A stretch of 63,350 bases of DNA from Proteobacteria bacterium UBA6900 (GTDB taxonomy: Bacteria > Pseudomonadota > Gammaproteobacteria > Acidiferrobacterales > Sulfurifustaceae), in NCBI GenBank assembly GCA_002451215.1, contig DKBM01000006.1, positions 3,495-66,844 of the forward strand. The letters run 5' to 3'. The notes under the pieces are model-generated. The model saw only the letters and a list, made by a program, of their open reading frames with translations, was not told the origin of the DNA and did no database searches. A program made the position numbers and the translations under genes. This document shows, in pieces, positions 19,776 through 28,900 of the stretch (the stretch's first letter is position 1; every line of letters begins with the position of its first letter).

Positions 19776-20870
19776 ATGATCATCTATCGCGCGCTGCAGC
19801 GCGAATCCATGCGCACCGCGGTAGCGATCGTTATCGTGCTGATCGCGCTGTTTGTGTTCGTGACTTTCAGCACCCTGCTCGGTCGGGCGGCGCGGGGGGC
19901 CTACGCCGACGCCGCGGTGCTGACGCTGCTCGGGCTGCAAGTGCTTTTGCGCCTGGACGTGCTGATTCCGCTTTCCCTCTACCTTGGATTGCTGTTGACG
20001 CTGGGGCGCTGGTATCGCGACAGCGAGATGGTTGTGCTCGCGGCATGCGGCATTGGGCTGACACAGTTGCTACGTCCCGTGCTGGTGCTTGCCCTCATCT
20101 TCTCAACGATATCGGCAGTATTGGCGTTCTATATCAATCCGCTCGCAGATCGGTTGATCGACAAGACGCGCCGTGAAACCGGTACACGCACGGAGGCAAG
20201 TATGGTCACGCCAGGCACGTTTATCGACGCGCCAGGCGGGCGGGTGATTTATTCGGAAAATGTTGATCCCGATGGACCGCGTTTCGAATCGCTGTTCGTG
20301 ACCCGGTTGCAGGCAGACAGGGAAGGCGTGGTGCTCGCGCGGACGGGTCGTCCCGAGGAAAGTCCGGATCGGTCCCACGACCTGCTGGTGCTCGACGATG
20401 GTGCGGCGTATGAAGGTCGACCAGGTGAGACGGAGTACCACATTTTGACTTTTAAGCGCGCCACACTACGGATCCGCCCGCGACGCGTCAGCGAGGCGCC
20501 GCTGCAAATCAGCGCGACGCCGACGCGTGAATTGTTGCGGATGCCCGGAGCGGAGGCGAATGCCGAATTGCACTGGCGCCTAGCACGGCCAGTTGGTGTT
20601 CTGGTGATGGCGCTGTTTGCGCTCGGGCTCGCTTACACTGACGCGCGACGGGGACGAATGACAAACATTTTCGTCGCCATTCTGGTCTACTTCATTTACT
20701 CGAATCTGGTGAACTTCGGACAGGCGCTGCTGCGAAAAGACAGAGTGGCGCCGGTGCTCGGGCTGTGGTGGGTGCATGCGCTGATGCTCGCGGCAGCGGC
20801 GTACCTGATCTGGTGCCGTATCAACAATCGCGCAGTATTCGCGCCGTTTCGTCGCGGCAGGTCTGCATGA
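19776..20870 (+). CDS. lptF: LPS export ABC transporter permease LptF
   Basis: Divergent from pepA (classic arrangement); MIIYRALQRE.. N-terminus; 6-TM YjgP/YjgQ architecture. Confidence 0.9.
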   Translation: MIIYRALQRESMRTAVAIVIVLIALFVFVTFSTLLGRAARGAYADAAVLTLLGLQVLLRLDVLIPLSLYLGLLLTLGRWYRDSEMVVLAACGIGLTQLLRPVLVLALIFSTISAVLAFYINPLADRLIDKTRRETGTRTEASMVTPGTFIDAPGGRVIYSENVDPDGPRFESLFVTRLQADREGVVLARTGRPEESPDRSHDLLVLDDGAAYEGRPGETEYHILTFKRATLRIRPRRVSEAPLQISATPTRELLRMPGAEANAELHWRLARPVGVLVMALFALGLAYTDARRGRMTNIFVAILVYFIYSNLVNFGQALLRKDRVAPVLGLWWVHALMLAAAAYLIWCRINNRAVFAPFRRGRSA

Positions 20871-21940
20871 TCCTCTCGCGCATCGATCGATATATTGGTC
20901 GCAGCGTCATCGTAGGCACGCTGCTGGTCCTTGCAGTGATCGCAGCAGTCACCACGCTGCTTTCGCTGGCAGAAGCGCTGCCGAACTATGGTCGGGGGAG
21001 TTTCGGCGTGGCCGCGCTGGTCCGCTATGTGCTGCTCTCGCAGGCGCGCAAGCTCTATGAGATTTTTCCGGTGGCTACTTTGATCGGCACGCTTCTCGGT
21101 CTCTCTGCACTCGCGCTTGGTTCAGAGCTCACTGCAATGCGGGCGGCCGGTGTCTCGACGCTACGCATTCTCGGCGCGGCCATGAAGACCGGAATCCTCC
21201 TGGTGCTGGCCTCGACCCTATTCGGAGAATTCGTCGTTCCATGGGCGGAAAACACGGCGCAGCTCGGTCGCGCCCGGGCGCTCGAAACCAGCCTCCAGCA
21301 GAAGGGGTCGGGGCTATGGCTCCGCGAGGGGTCGCGGTATGTGAACATTGGCGAGGTCCTTCCTGATCTCAGCCTGCTGCGCGTCTCGGTGTTCGAGGTC
21401 AATGAGGCGTTTCGGCTGCACGCCCAGACTTACGCGCAGCGCGCAGTCTACGTGCCGACCGAAAAGGCCTGGCGGCTGGAAGGCGTACGCGATACCACCG
21501 TGAACGAAGACCGACTAAAGGTGCAGCGTGTTGAGCAGCGTTTGTGGCAGGCGTCGCTGACACCGGAGATGGTAAATGTCTTCTCTGTGCAACCGGAAGG
21601 GCTGTCAGCCATACAGCTCGCGCGCTACATCGAGCATCTGCGTAACAATGGGCAGGATACGGCGCGGTATCGACTTGCATTCTGGCAGAAGATCCTGCTG
21701 CCACTCGCGACGGCGACCATGATTCTACTCGCCGCCCCGTTCGTCTTTCAGCACTTCCGAAGTGGCGGCATGAGCAAGCGACTCTTCATCGGTGTGCTGC
21801 TCGGACTGGTATTCGTGATCTTGAATCGGACTTTTGGCTTTCTCGGACTGCTCTACGGTCTGCCGCCGATTCTCGGGGCCGGTATCCCCTTATTCCTATT
21901 CTTTTTGATCGCGCTGTACGCCCTGCGGCGCGTGGCCTGA
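20867..21940 (+). CDS. lptG: LPS export ABC transporter permease LptG
   Basis: ORF track 20765..21940. ATG at 20867 overlaps the lptF stop (ATGA). MILSRIDRYIGRSV.. is a typical LptG start. Confidence 0.9.
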   Translation: MILSRIDRYIGRSVIVGTLLVLAVIAAVTTLLSLAEALPNYGRGSFGVAALVRYVLLSQARKLYEIFPVATLIGTLLGLSALALGSELTAMRAAGVSTLRILGAAMKTGILLVLASTLFGEFVVPWAENTAQLGRARALETSLQQKGSGLWLREGSRYVNIGEVLPDLSLLRVSVFEVNEAFRLHAQTYAQRAVYVPTEKAWRLEGVRDTTVNEDRLKVQRVEQRLWQASLTPEMVNVFSVQPEGLSAIQLARYIEHLRNNGQDTARYRLAFWQKILLPLATATMILLAAPFVFQHFRSGGMSKRLFIGVLLGLVFVILNRTFGFLGLLYGLPPILGAGIPLFLFFLIALYALRRVA

Positions 21941-21943
21941 TGT

Positions 21944-22492
21944 TCAGCGGTGCCCACCGCGTTTTGGGAGCAGCTGCAGGTGGGTACCGGACAGGCGATC
22001 GTGCCACGCGCGTCGCTCGTGATCGTGCAAGATCCACAGGAATCCCAGACCGAGGCAGGCAAGTGAAACGAAGGCGGCAAGGAATCGCCGCGACGCCTGC
22101 CCCCAACTCACCGGACCGCCGTTCGCAGATACAAGCCGCAGCCGCCAGACGCGCATGCCGAGGGTCTGCCCGCCGTGAGTCCAAAACCAGGCAAAGAATG
22201 TGAAGGCGACCGCTAGCAAATACAGGCGGAAGGTCGCGTGAGCGACCCCGGTCGAGGGGGGGCCGCCCATGAGCCAAACGATAGGTAGGCTGGCCACGAT
22301 CATTACGCCTATCAAGAGCAGCCAGTCGTAGAAGATTGCCGCCAGACGGCGCAGGAGGCCCGGTGTGGCCAAGTTAGGCGATGAATTTGGGGCACTCCCC
22401 GTTAGATCGCCATTTTCAGCTGAAAAAGGCCCAGACAAGGCTATCTCGCCAACCGCTTGTGCACAGCAGGCGGAAAAAGGCTTCTTGGACAA
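21944..22492 (-). CDS. RDD family membrane protein
   Basis: RRLAAIFYDWLLLIGV.. and later ..WHDRLSGT are typical RDD features. The start is uncertain: TTG at 22492 is the only upstream in-frame start in the track. Confidence 0.65.
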   Translation of the reverse strand: MSKKPFSACCAQAVGEIALSGPFSAENGDLTGSAPNSSPNLATPGLLRRLAAIFYDWLLLIGVMIVASLPIVWLMGGPPSTGVAHATFRLYLLAVAFTFFAWFWTHGGQTLGMRVWRLRLVSANGGPVSWGQASRRFLAAFVSLACLGLGFLWILHDHERRAWHDRLSGTHLQLLPKRGGHR

Positions 22493-22710
22493 AGGGTAAC
22501 GACGCTCGCCACAAGCTAGAGAATACGTAAGTTATTGAAATGTCGAAATATTTGTCTGCTGTTCAAAAAATATTCAAAACGTTGTCACGAGCCCAATGCG
22601 GGCAAATTTGGCTAGGAATTGCCCTCTTACGCACACAGCTATCCACAGAACCTGTTGATAGTCGGCTGGGGGCAAGGTACGAAACCCCGCCATCTTGCGG
22701 ACAGGATTGA

Positions 22711-23232
22711 CTACCCCAATTCACGCAATAACGGCGCCAGCTTGGTTTCCCAGACTTCCACCGTTATTGGTCCGATCTGCTTGTAACGAATCACCCCGGC
22801 TTTATCGACCACGAAGGTCTCCGGAACGCCGTAGACGCCCAGCTCGATTCCGACACGGCCGTCGAGGTCCGATAGGCTCAACTCATAGGGGTTGCCCAGC
22901 GCTGCGAGCCATTTCAACGCGTCCGCACGCTGATCCTTGTAGTTGAGTCCGATGATCGGGATCGCGCGATTCTGTGCAAGTTTGACGAGCAGCGGGTGCT
23001 CCTCGCGGCAGGCCACACACCATGATGCCCAGACATTGAGCAGATACACGCGCCCACGCAGGTCGTCGCTGCGCACCGTGCGCTTGGAGTCGGCAACCGA
23101 TGGTAACGCAAACGCCGGGAGCGGTTTGCCAACCAGCGGCGAGGGAATCTTGCGCGGGTCCAGCTTGAGCCCGTAGGCGAGCAGCAGCCCGAGCAATACG
23201 AAGGCCGCGACTGGAATGAGAAAGCGCTTCAT
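22711..23232 (-). CDS. ccmG: Thiol:disulfide interchange protein DsbE/CcmG
   Basis: LLNVWASWCVACREEHP..GLNYKD..GNPY..GVYGVPETFVVD..G.IRYK. Confidence 0.9.
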   Translation of the reverse strand: MKRFLIPVAAFVLLGLLLAYGLKLDPRKIPSPLVGKPLPAFALPSVADSKRTVRSDDLRGRVYLLNVWASWCVACREEHPLLVKLAQNRAIPIIGLNYKDQRADALKWLAALGNPYELSLSDLDGRVGIELGVYGVPETFVVDKAGVIRYKQIGPITVEVWETKLAPLLRELG

Positions 23233-23238
23233 TGTGTG

Positions 23239-23676
23239 CTACTTGCCAGACTGAAAGGCGCCGCCCTTCATGGCGGCGGCGGCCTCGGGCGGCATGTAGT
23301 TTTCGTCATGCTTCGCGAGCACCTCGCGCGCTGCGAAAGTGCCGTCGGTGCCCATGCGTCCGAGTGTGACTACGCCCTGGCCGTCACGGAACAGATCCGG
23401 AAGAATTCCCTCGTAGCGCACCGGAATGGACTTGTTCATGTCGGTAACCACGAATTGGACCACCAGGCTGTCGCCAGCGCGTTTGACGCTGCCTTTCTCC
23501 ACCATGCCGCCAATGCGAATGGTTTGGTCACGAGGCGCCTTGCCTTCCAGTACTTCGGTGGGCGAATAGAAATACACCAGGTTGCTGCGAAAGGCGTTCA
23601 GCACGAACATTCCGCCGATAGTCAGCCCCAGCACGCCAACAACAATCAGGATCAGGCGCTTGTGACGAGTCTTCAT
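23239..23676 (-). CDS. ccmE: Cytochrome c maturation heme chaperone CcmE
   Basis: MKTRHKRL..NLVYFYSPTEV..IRIGGMV..; C-terminal LAKHDENYMPPE (heme-binding His). Confidence 0.95.
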   Translation of the reverse strand: MKTRHKRLILIVVGVLGLTIGGMFVLNAFRSNLVYFYSPTEVLEGKAPRDQTIRIGGMVEKGSVKRAGDSLVVQFVVTDMNKSIPVRYEGILPDLFRDGQGVVTLGRMGTDGTFAAREVLAKHDENYMPPEAAAAMKGGAFQSGK

Positions 23677-23843
23677 GAATCGCTTCCCTTGAAACGGTAA
23701 AAGTCACGCAGTCGTTCGATGACACTGCGATGGCGGCGCACGGCGACGATGATGTTCACCACGAGGATCACGGCCGCTGCTGCATAGACACCCCAAACAT
23801 AGGGGGCGTAGCCGCCCATCTCGATGAATTTCGTCCAGTTCAC
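23673..23843 (-). CDS. ccmD: Heme exporter protein CcmD (56 aa; below the ORF-track size cutoff)
   Basis: My own translation of the reverse strand: VNWTKFIEMGGYAPYVWGVYAAAAVILVVNIIVAVRRHRSVIERLRDFYRFKGSDS*. GTG 23843 overlaps the ccmC stop (GTGA); its TGA overlaps the ccmE ATG (ATGA). The MGGYA.YVW motif is typical of CcmD. Confidence 0.75.
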   Translation of the reverse strand: MNWTKFIEMGGYAPYVWGVYAAAAVILVVNIIVAVRRHRSVIERLRDFYRFKGSDS

Positions 23844-24568
23844 TTGTTCTGCTCGACAATCGGTGCGACCCAGCTCGTGTACTTCTCACGTTCGAGAATC
23901 TCGGGGCGCATGCGCATCAGCACCACCGTGAGGAAATACAAATGGAATGCAACTGCCATGATGAGTAGCGGCGCAAGAATGCTGGCATGGATAGTTGGTT
24001 TCCCGAGCCGTCCCACCGAGGCCGGCTGGTGTAGCGTGTTCCACCACTCCACGGAGAAATGGATGACCGGCAAATTAACGACACCGACCAGGGCCAGGAT
24101 GGCGGCCGCGCGGGCGGCGCGTTTCGGGTCATCGATGCTTGCCTGCAAAGCCATGACGCCGACATACAAAAAGAATAGGATCAGCTCGGACGTAAGGCGC
24201 GCGTCCCAAGCCCACCATGTGCCCCACATCGGTTTTCCCCAGAGCGACCCGGAGATCAACGCCAGAAGGGTAAAGGACGCGCCGACCGGCGCGCAGGCCG
24301 ATGCGAATACTTCGGCAAGCTTGACGTTCCAGATCAGCACCACAGCGCCGGCGCCAGCCATCAGCATATAGATGAGCATCGACATCCATGCGGCCGGGAC
24401 ATGCACGAACATGATCCGCACCGTCTCGCCCTGCTGGTAGTCCGGCGGCGCGACGAACAGCCCCAGATACAAACCGGCGGCGAGCACCACCACCGTGGCG
24501 GCTGCCAGCCACGGGATCAGGCGCCCGGCGAGGGGGTAAAAGTACTTCGGTGAAGCGTACTCGTGCAT
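23840..24568 (-). CDS. ccmC: Heme exporter protein CcmC
   Basis: ORF track 23840..25069, but only the part from ATG 24568 (MHEYASPKYFY..) is CcmC-like (WGKPMWGTWWAWDARLTS, the WWD motif). The upstream 167 codons overlap ccmB. Confidence 0.92.
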   Translation of the reverse strand: MHEYASPKYFYPLAGRLIPWLAAATVVVLAAGLYLGLFVAPPDYQQGETVRIMFVHVPAAWMSMLIYMLMAGAGAVVLIWNVKLAEVFASACAPVGASFTLLALISGSLWGKPMWGTWWAWDARLTSELILFFLYVGVMALQASIDDPKRAARAAAILALVGVVNLPVIHFSVEWWNTLHQPASVGRLGKPTIHASILAPLLIMAVAFHLYFLTVVLMRMRPEILEREKYTSWVAPIVEQNK

Positions 24569-25251
24569 CAATCGAGCGAAGTCCTGAGTGCTGCGGCCGT
24601 TGCCCAAGGCGCCATTACCAGCGCCACGGCAAGGAACGCTGCGAGGAGCGAGAGTTGCGCCTCGCTCGGCATCCCGGTGGCGGCGCCGTTTACGGCGCTC
24701 GCCCCAAAAATGAGCACCGGAGTATACAACGGCAGCACGAGCGCCGACACCAGCACCCCACCCCCGCGAAGTCCGAGCGTCAGGGCGGCCCCGACGCTCC
24801 CGAGCAGGCTCAGGACCGGAGTCCCAAGCAATAGAGACACGAGAAGTGTGCCCATAGCGGTATCGGGCAACTGCATCTGAATAGCGAGCAGCGGCGCCAT
24901 CAGGATGAGCGGCAGGCCGCTCAGAACCCAGTGGGCAGCGGTCTTGGCCAGGACCAGTATTGAAAGCGGGTGGGGGGCAAGCAGCATCTGCTCCAGTGTC
25001 CCCTCCGCGTAGTCGTTCGCAAACAGCCGGTTCAGAGACAACATCGTTGAAAGCAGCGCGCCGACCCATAACACGCCCGGCGCTAGCGTTCGCAGGACTG
25101 ACGGTTCCGGGCCGACACCGAGCGGAAAAAGGCTGGTAACAATCGCGAAGAAGATCAGGGGCGTAAGCACATCGTGCACGCGGCGCCAGGCGACGGTGAG
25201 CTCACGGCGAAACACTGAGACAGCAGCGGTGGGAAGGCCGACGGTGCTCAT
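24568..25251 (-). CDS. ccmB: Heme exporter permease CcmB
   Basis: 227 aa, 6 TM; FRRELTVAWRR.. N-terminus typical of CcmB; 1-nt overlap with ccmC (TGATG). Confidence 0.92.
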   Translation of the reverse strand: MSTVGLPTAAVSVFRRELTVAWRRVHDVLTPLIFFAIVTSLFPLGVGPEPSVLRTLAPGVLWVGALLSTMLSLNRLFANDYAEGTLEQMLLAPHPLSILVLAKTAAHWVLSGLPLILMAPLLAIQMQLPDTAMGTLLVSLLLGTPVLSLLGSVGAALTLGLRGGGVLVSALVLPLYTPVLIFGASAVNGAATGMPSEAQLSLLAAFLAVALVMAPWATAAALRTSLD

Positions 25252-25862
25252 GGCCCAAGACGGATCGACAGGAATTCCAGAGTGCCGATTTCAAACTCCT
25301 GGTGCGAGGTCAGCGCGACGAGCCCATCCCGCGCAAGGTGGCCGGCGAGCAGTTCGGTCACCAGCGCGATCGAATGCGTATCCAGCGCGGCGAAAGGTTC
25401 GTCCAGGATCCACAGTCTTCGCCCTAGGAGTGCGAGGCGGGCGAGCCCGAGGCGCCGTTTCTGGCCTTGTGACAACACCTTCGCCGGAAATGAACGTAGG
25501 GCGCTCAGGTTGAACCGTTCCAACGCCCGTTCAATGTCGTGCTCGCTCGCAGCCGCACCAAGGCCCGCTGCCGCGCGCAGATTCTCTGCTGGCGTGAGCT
25601 CGCCCTGAAGCGCATTGGTGTGTCCCACATACGCAAGTTCAGCCCGGTAGTCATCTCCCAGTTCGCGAATCGTCGAACCCTGCCAGCGGATCACGCCATC
25701 CGCCGGCCGCGTCAGGCCGCACAACGTACGGAGCAGGGTGGTCTTGCCACTACCGTTGGCACCCAGAATATGCAACAGCTCGCCCGGGCGCAGGGCGAAG
25801 TTCAGCCCTTCAAACAGGTTGCGGTCGCCGCGGGCGCAGGCGAGGTTGATGACTTCCAGCAA
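25248..25862 (-). CDS. ccmA: Cytochrome c biogenesis ATPase CcmA
   Basis: Walker A GANGSGKTT, signature LSQGQKRRL, Walker B LWILDEP; 4-nt overlap with ccmB. Confidence 0.92.
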   Translation of the reverse strand: MLEVINLACARGDRNLFEGLNFALRPGELLHILGANGSGKTTLLRTLCGLTRPADGVIRWQGSTIRELGDDYRAELAYVGHTNALQGELTPAENLRAAAGLGAAASEHDIERALERFNLSALRSFPAKVLSQGQKRRLGLARLALLGRRLWILDEPFAALDTHSIALVTELLAGHLARDGLVALTSHQEFEIGTLEFLSIRLGP

Positions 25863-25936
25863 GGATACGATTCCGGGGCTAGTGGTTATGTAAATTGTGA
25901 CCGCAAGCTTGACGTGGCGCCAACGGGCATATCATC

Positions 25937-26012
25937 TGGTGCCCCGAACACGAATCGAACGTGCGACCTGCCGCTTAGGAGGCGGCTGCTCTATCCACTG
26001 AGCTACCGGGGC
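25937..26012 (-). tRNA. tRNA-Arg (anticodon CCT)
   Basis: The reverse complement GCCCCGGTAGCTCAGTGGATAGAGCAGCCGCCTCCTAAGCGGCAGGTCGCACGTTCGATTCGTGTTCGGGGCACCA folds as a cloverleaf. Anticodon loop CTCCTAA; CCA encoded. Confidence 0.9.
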
Positions 26013-26194
26013 GTGGGGGCAATTCTAGCATCGGTGCTCCGGACTGCCGGCAGAGTTGTCAGGGCGGGCTTGTTCAAAAGGGGACGTGTAAGCCGCGATT
26101 GCCGGCTCTTGTCATGGGCCGAGTGGCCCGGCCCACCGTTGATGCCCGCCGAACGACAAGTCCGGTGTCGCCGGTCCTATCTTCTCTGAGTGTT

Positions 26195-26270
26195 TGGTGG
26201 AGCGGAGGAGGATCGAACTCCCGACCTCTGCATTGCGAACGCAGCGCTCTCCCAGCTGAGCTACCGCCCC
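26195..26270 (-). tRNA. tRNA-Ala (anticodon CGC)
   Basis: Reverse complement GGGGCGGTAGCTCAGCTGGGAGAGCGCTGCGTTCGCAATGCAGAGGTCGGGAGTTCGATCCTCCTCCGCTCCACCA. Has the G3:U70 identity pair; anticodon loop TTCGCAA. Confidence 0.9.
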
Positions 26271-26531
26271 ATTTCTCTCCCCATTTCATTTGGGTGCCGC
26301 TTTCTGACCGCCTGCAAAGAAAAATAAACTTGCCGGTGCTCAACGGTGTCCCTTAATGCACCATGAGGCCGACGTCAGGACGTCCACAAAGGGTCGGCAA
26401 TTGTAGATGACTCCACAGTTACTGGGAAGTCGGGCAATCCCGCGCCTCGAGGCGCTCGCTAGCCCTCGAGCAGTGGCTGGGCCGACTATAGTCGGGTGGT
26501 TGGCCGGGCAAATACCGGAAAGCAACTCTCC

Positions 26532-28160
26532 ATGCGCAATTTTTTGAAGTCTGCCGCCGCCCGGCAGGTGCAGGGCAATGGCAGCTGGGAAGGGATCTTC
26601 CGACCTTCCGCGGCGGTGACTGGCGCCCTGGTCGCCGCGATCCTGCTCGCCACCTATTTCTTCTTGCTCACCTGGCGCGCCGATCCCCCTCTGCTTGATG
26701 GTGACGACGCCGTCTATGTGCTGATGGCTGACTTCTTTTCGCCATTCTCAGAACGTGACCGAGAGATTCTGGGATTGGTGATGCGGCGCAGCTATTTTCC
26801 GCCCCTGTATCCAATGTTGCTCGGCATGGTTGGCGGGATCGCGAGCAACACCCTTCTCGCCCACACAGTTAGTGTCACGATACTGTTCCTCGCGTTCATG
26901 GCATTGCTCGTGTGGGCGAACTCAATCAGCGAGCGCCCGATCGCCGCGACTTTACTCGTGATACTGGTTGCGATGTTGCCTGCGACCGTCTTTCAGTTGT
27001 TCGGCCTGTTGAGCGAGGGTCTCTACTTGGTCCTGACTCTCTTGGCGCTCTATGTTGCCAGTGGAGCTCCGCACGCCAAGCACTGGCAATATCTCGCTGC
27101 GGCCGCCATCGGCCTGGCTATCCTGTCGCGGACGGTCGGATTTGCGCTTTGGCTGGCATATGCCATTTGGCTTATATCAGGACGCCGTGACGGATGGAGA
27201 ACTCTGCCGCTACTCGCGCTCATCCCATGGTTCGCATGGAATATCTGGAAGTGGAGTCATGGGTATGCAGCGAGCTACACAGGCAATGTGTCGGATCTTC
27301 TTTCGCATCAGACATTGTGGAGTGTCGTCATAGAACAGCTATCCGTCGCCCCAATGAACATTTGGCGTGGCTGGGTTAGCAGTATCGATCATTTTGAAAT
27401 ACCGTTAGCCACGATAGGGGGGACAATCCTTGGCGCGATATGCATTGCCGGTTTAGCCAGAAGGCTTTTCCTGGGTAGTCTTGACGGTCTCTATGTCGCC
27501 ATCTATCTCGCCATGCTTTTGGTCTGGCCGTACTCCTATGAAGCGCGTCGACTGTTGTTTGTGGTGCTGCCAATTCTGCTGGTTCAAGGACTCGCGTTAG
27601 TAGAATGGGTTGGATTTCGAGCAGCGAAGTGGCCGATCCTGGGGAGGCAGGCTGGCACGGTCTATCTCGCCGTCGTTGGCATTGCGGCTCTGCCGGCGGT
27701 CGTCTCTATTCAGGGACGCTTCATTGCCGGTTTGCAGGACCCAAATCGACCCTACGCCGTTGCGGCGAGCTGGTATACCTACACCGACGTCAAGCGCGCC
27801 AAGGAACGTCTTGCGGAGCAGTCTGCGTTGGCGCGAGCTTGGCGCGAGCTGCATTCACACTTGAGTGCCGACGATTGTGTCTATCATCTCAAGCCCGTCG
27901 CTTTCATGCTGTACGCAGATCGACGAGCCTATGCGACACCGCATGCCCGGAACGCATCCGAATTCTGGGAGAAGGCCACACTTTGTCGCAATTTCTATCT
28001 TGGCGCATTTGTCTACCCGCCCTATCGCGAACCATTCTACCCCAAGCGTTTCCTGGGGTCGGGCGCTCGCGTGCTTTCCATCGACTATGTTGAAGAAGGC
28101 GGGCGGCGACGCCCACTCGGAATGCTCGTGCGTGCCGATTACCCATCAGATATCAATTGA
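26532..28160 (+). CDS. Polytopic membrane protein, GT-C-like glycosyltransferase candidate (paralog of 28897..30507)
   Basis: ORF track 26496..28160; ATG at 26532. More than 10 TM helices with acidic loop motif DGDDAVYVL after TM1, and a soluble C-terminal ~130 aa. Clear similarity to the next-but-one gene along the whole length. Confidence 0.65.
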   Translation: MRNFLKSAAARQVQGNGSWEGIFRPSAAVTGALVAAILLATYFFLLTWRADPPLLDGDDAVYVLMADFFSPFSERDREILGLVMRRSYFPPLYPMLLGMVGGIASNTLLAHTVSVTILFLAFMALLVWANSISERPIAATLLVILVAMLPATVFQLFGLLSEGLYLVLTLLALYVASGAPHAKHWQYLAAAAIGLAILSRTVGFALWLAYAIWLISGRRDGWRTLPLLALIPWFAWNIWKWSHGYAASYTGNVSDLLSHQTLWSVVIEQLSVAPMNIWRGWVSSIDHFEIPLATIGGTILGAICIAGLARRLFLGSLDGLYVAIYLAMLLVWPYSYEARRLLFVVLPILLVQGLALVEWVGFRAAKWPILGRQAGTVYLAVVGIAALPAVVSIQGRFIAGLQDPNRPYAVAASWYTYTDVKRAKERLAEQSALARAWRELHSHLSADDCVYHLKPVAFMLYADRRAYATPHARNASEFWEKATLCRNFYLGAFVYPPYREPFYPKRFLGSGARVLSIDYVEEGGRRRPLGMLVRADYPSDIN

Positions 28161-28195
28161 GGAGCGATTGTGCAGCCTACCCGCTTGGAGGTGTC

Positions 28196-28900
28196 GTGAA
28201 CGATCCGGTGCTTTCTGTAGTGATCCCATGCTTCAACGAGCTTGGAACCGTCAGCGGCATTCTCGATGCGGTGCACGCCTCACCGTCTGGTCGCAAACAA
28301 GTCATCGTCGTTGATGACGCTTCCCGTGATGGAACCCGCCAGTTGCTGGAAGGGCCACTCCGTTCACGCATCGACCTGCTCATCTGCCACGAGCGCAACC
28401 AGGGGAAAGGGGCTGCCCTTCGAAGCGGGATCGCCGCTGCAACTGGAGATATCGTGATCATTCAGGACGCCGATCTTGAATATGATCCCAAGGAGTACGC
28501 CCGCCTTGTCAATCCTATTGTTGAAGGCAAGGCGGATGTTGTGTTTGGCAGCCGGTTCCATGGGCATGATCCCCATCGCGTATTGTACTTCTGGCACTAC
28601 GTGGGAAATCGTGCGCTGACGCTGCTGTCAAATATGTTTACCAACCTGAATCTTTCCGATATGGAGACATGCTACAAGGTGTTCCGGCGCGAAATGATTC
28701 AGGGCATCAAAATTGAGGAAGACCGGTTCGGATTCGAACCCGAGGTAACTGCGAAAATTGCGCGACTGCCGGGAGTCAGGATATTTGAGGTCGGAATTTC
28801 TTATTACGGTCGCACCTATGCCGAGGGCAAGAAGATCGGTTGGAAGGACGGGGTGCGGGCCATTTATTGCATCATCAAGTACGGGTTGTTCCGACGGTGA
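28196..28900 (+). CDS. GT2 glycosyltransferase, polyprenol-phosphate-sugar synthase (DPM1-like)
   Basis: ORF track 28157..28900. GTG at 28196 is preceded by GGAGG (28187-28191); TTG 28157, overlapping the upstream stop, is an alternative. [30 protein letters not shown].. Confidence 0.85.
   Translation: MNDPVLSVVIPCFNELGTVSGILDAVHASPSGRKQVIVVDDASRDGTRQLLEGPLRSRIDLLICHERNQGKGAALRSGIAAATGDIVIIQDADLEYDPKEYARLVNPIVEGKADVVFGSRFHGHDPHRVLYFWHYVGNRALTLLSNMFTNLNLSDMETCYKVFRREMIQGIKIEEDRFGFEPEVTAKIARLPGVRIFEVGISYYGRTYAEGKKIGWKDGVRAIYCIIKYGLFRR

Noticed and set aside
22598-22622. Sigma54-like TGGCTAGGAATTGCC on the plus strand.
   Set aside because: The GG-to-GC spacing is one nucleotide short of the -24/-12 consensus. 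It also points into the 3' end of ccmG, antisense, with no downstream gene.
24569-25069. N-terminal 167-codon extension of the ccmC ORF (409-aa version in the track).
   Set aside because: The extension overlaps ccmB in another frame and is Arg/Gly/Ala-rich. CcmC homology starts at MHEYASPKYFY (ATG 24568), which overlaps the ccmB stop.
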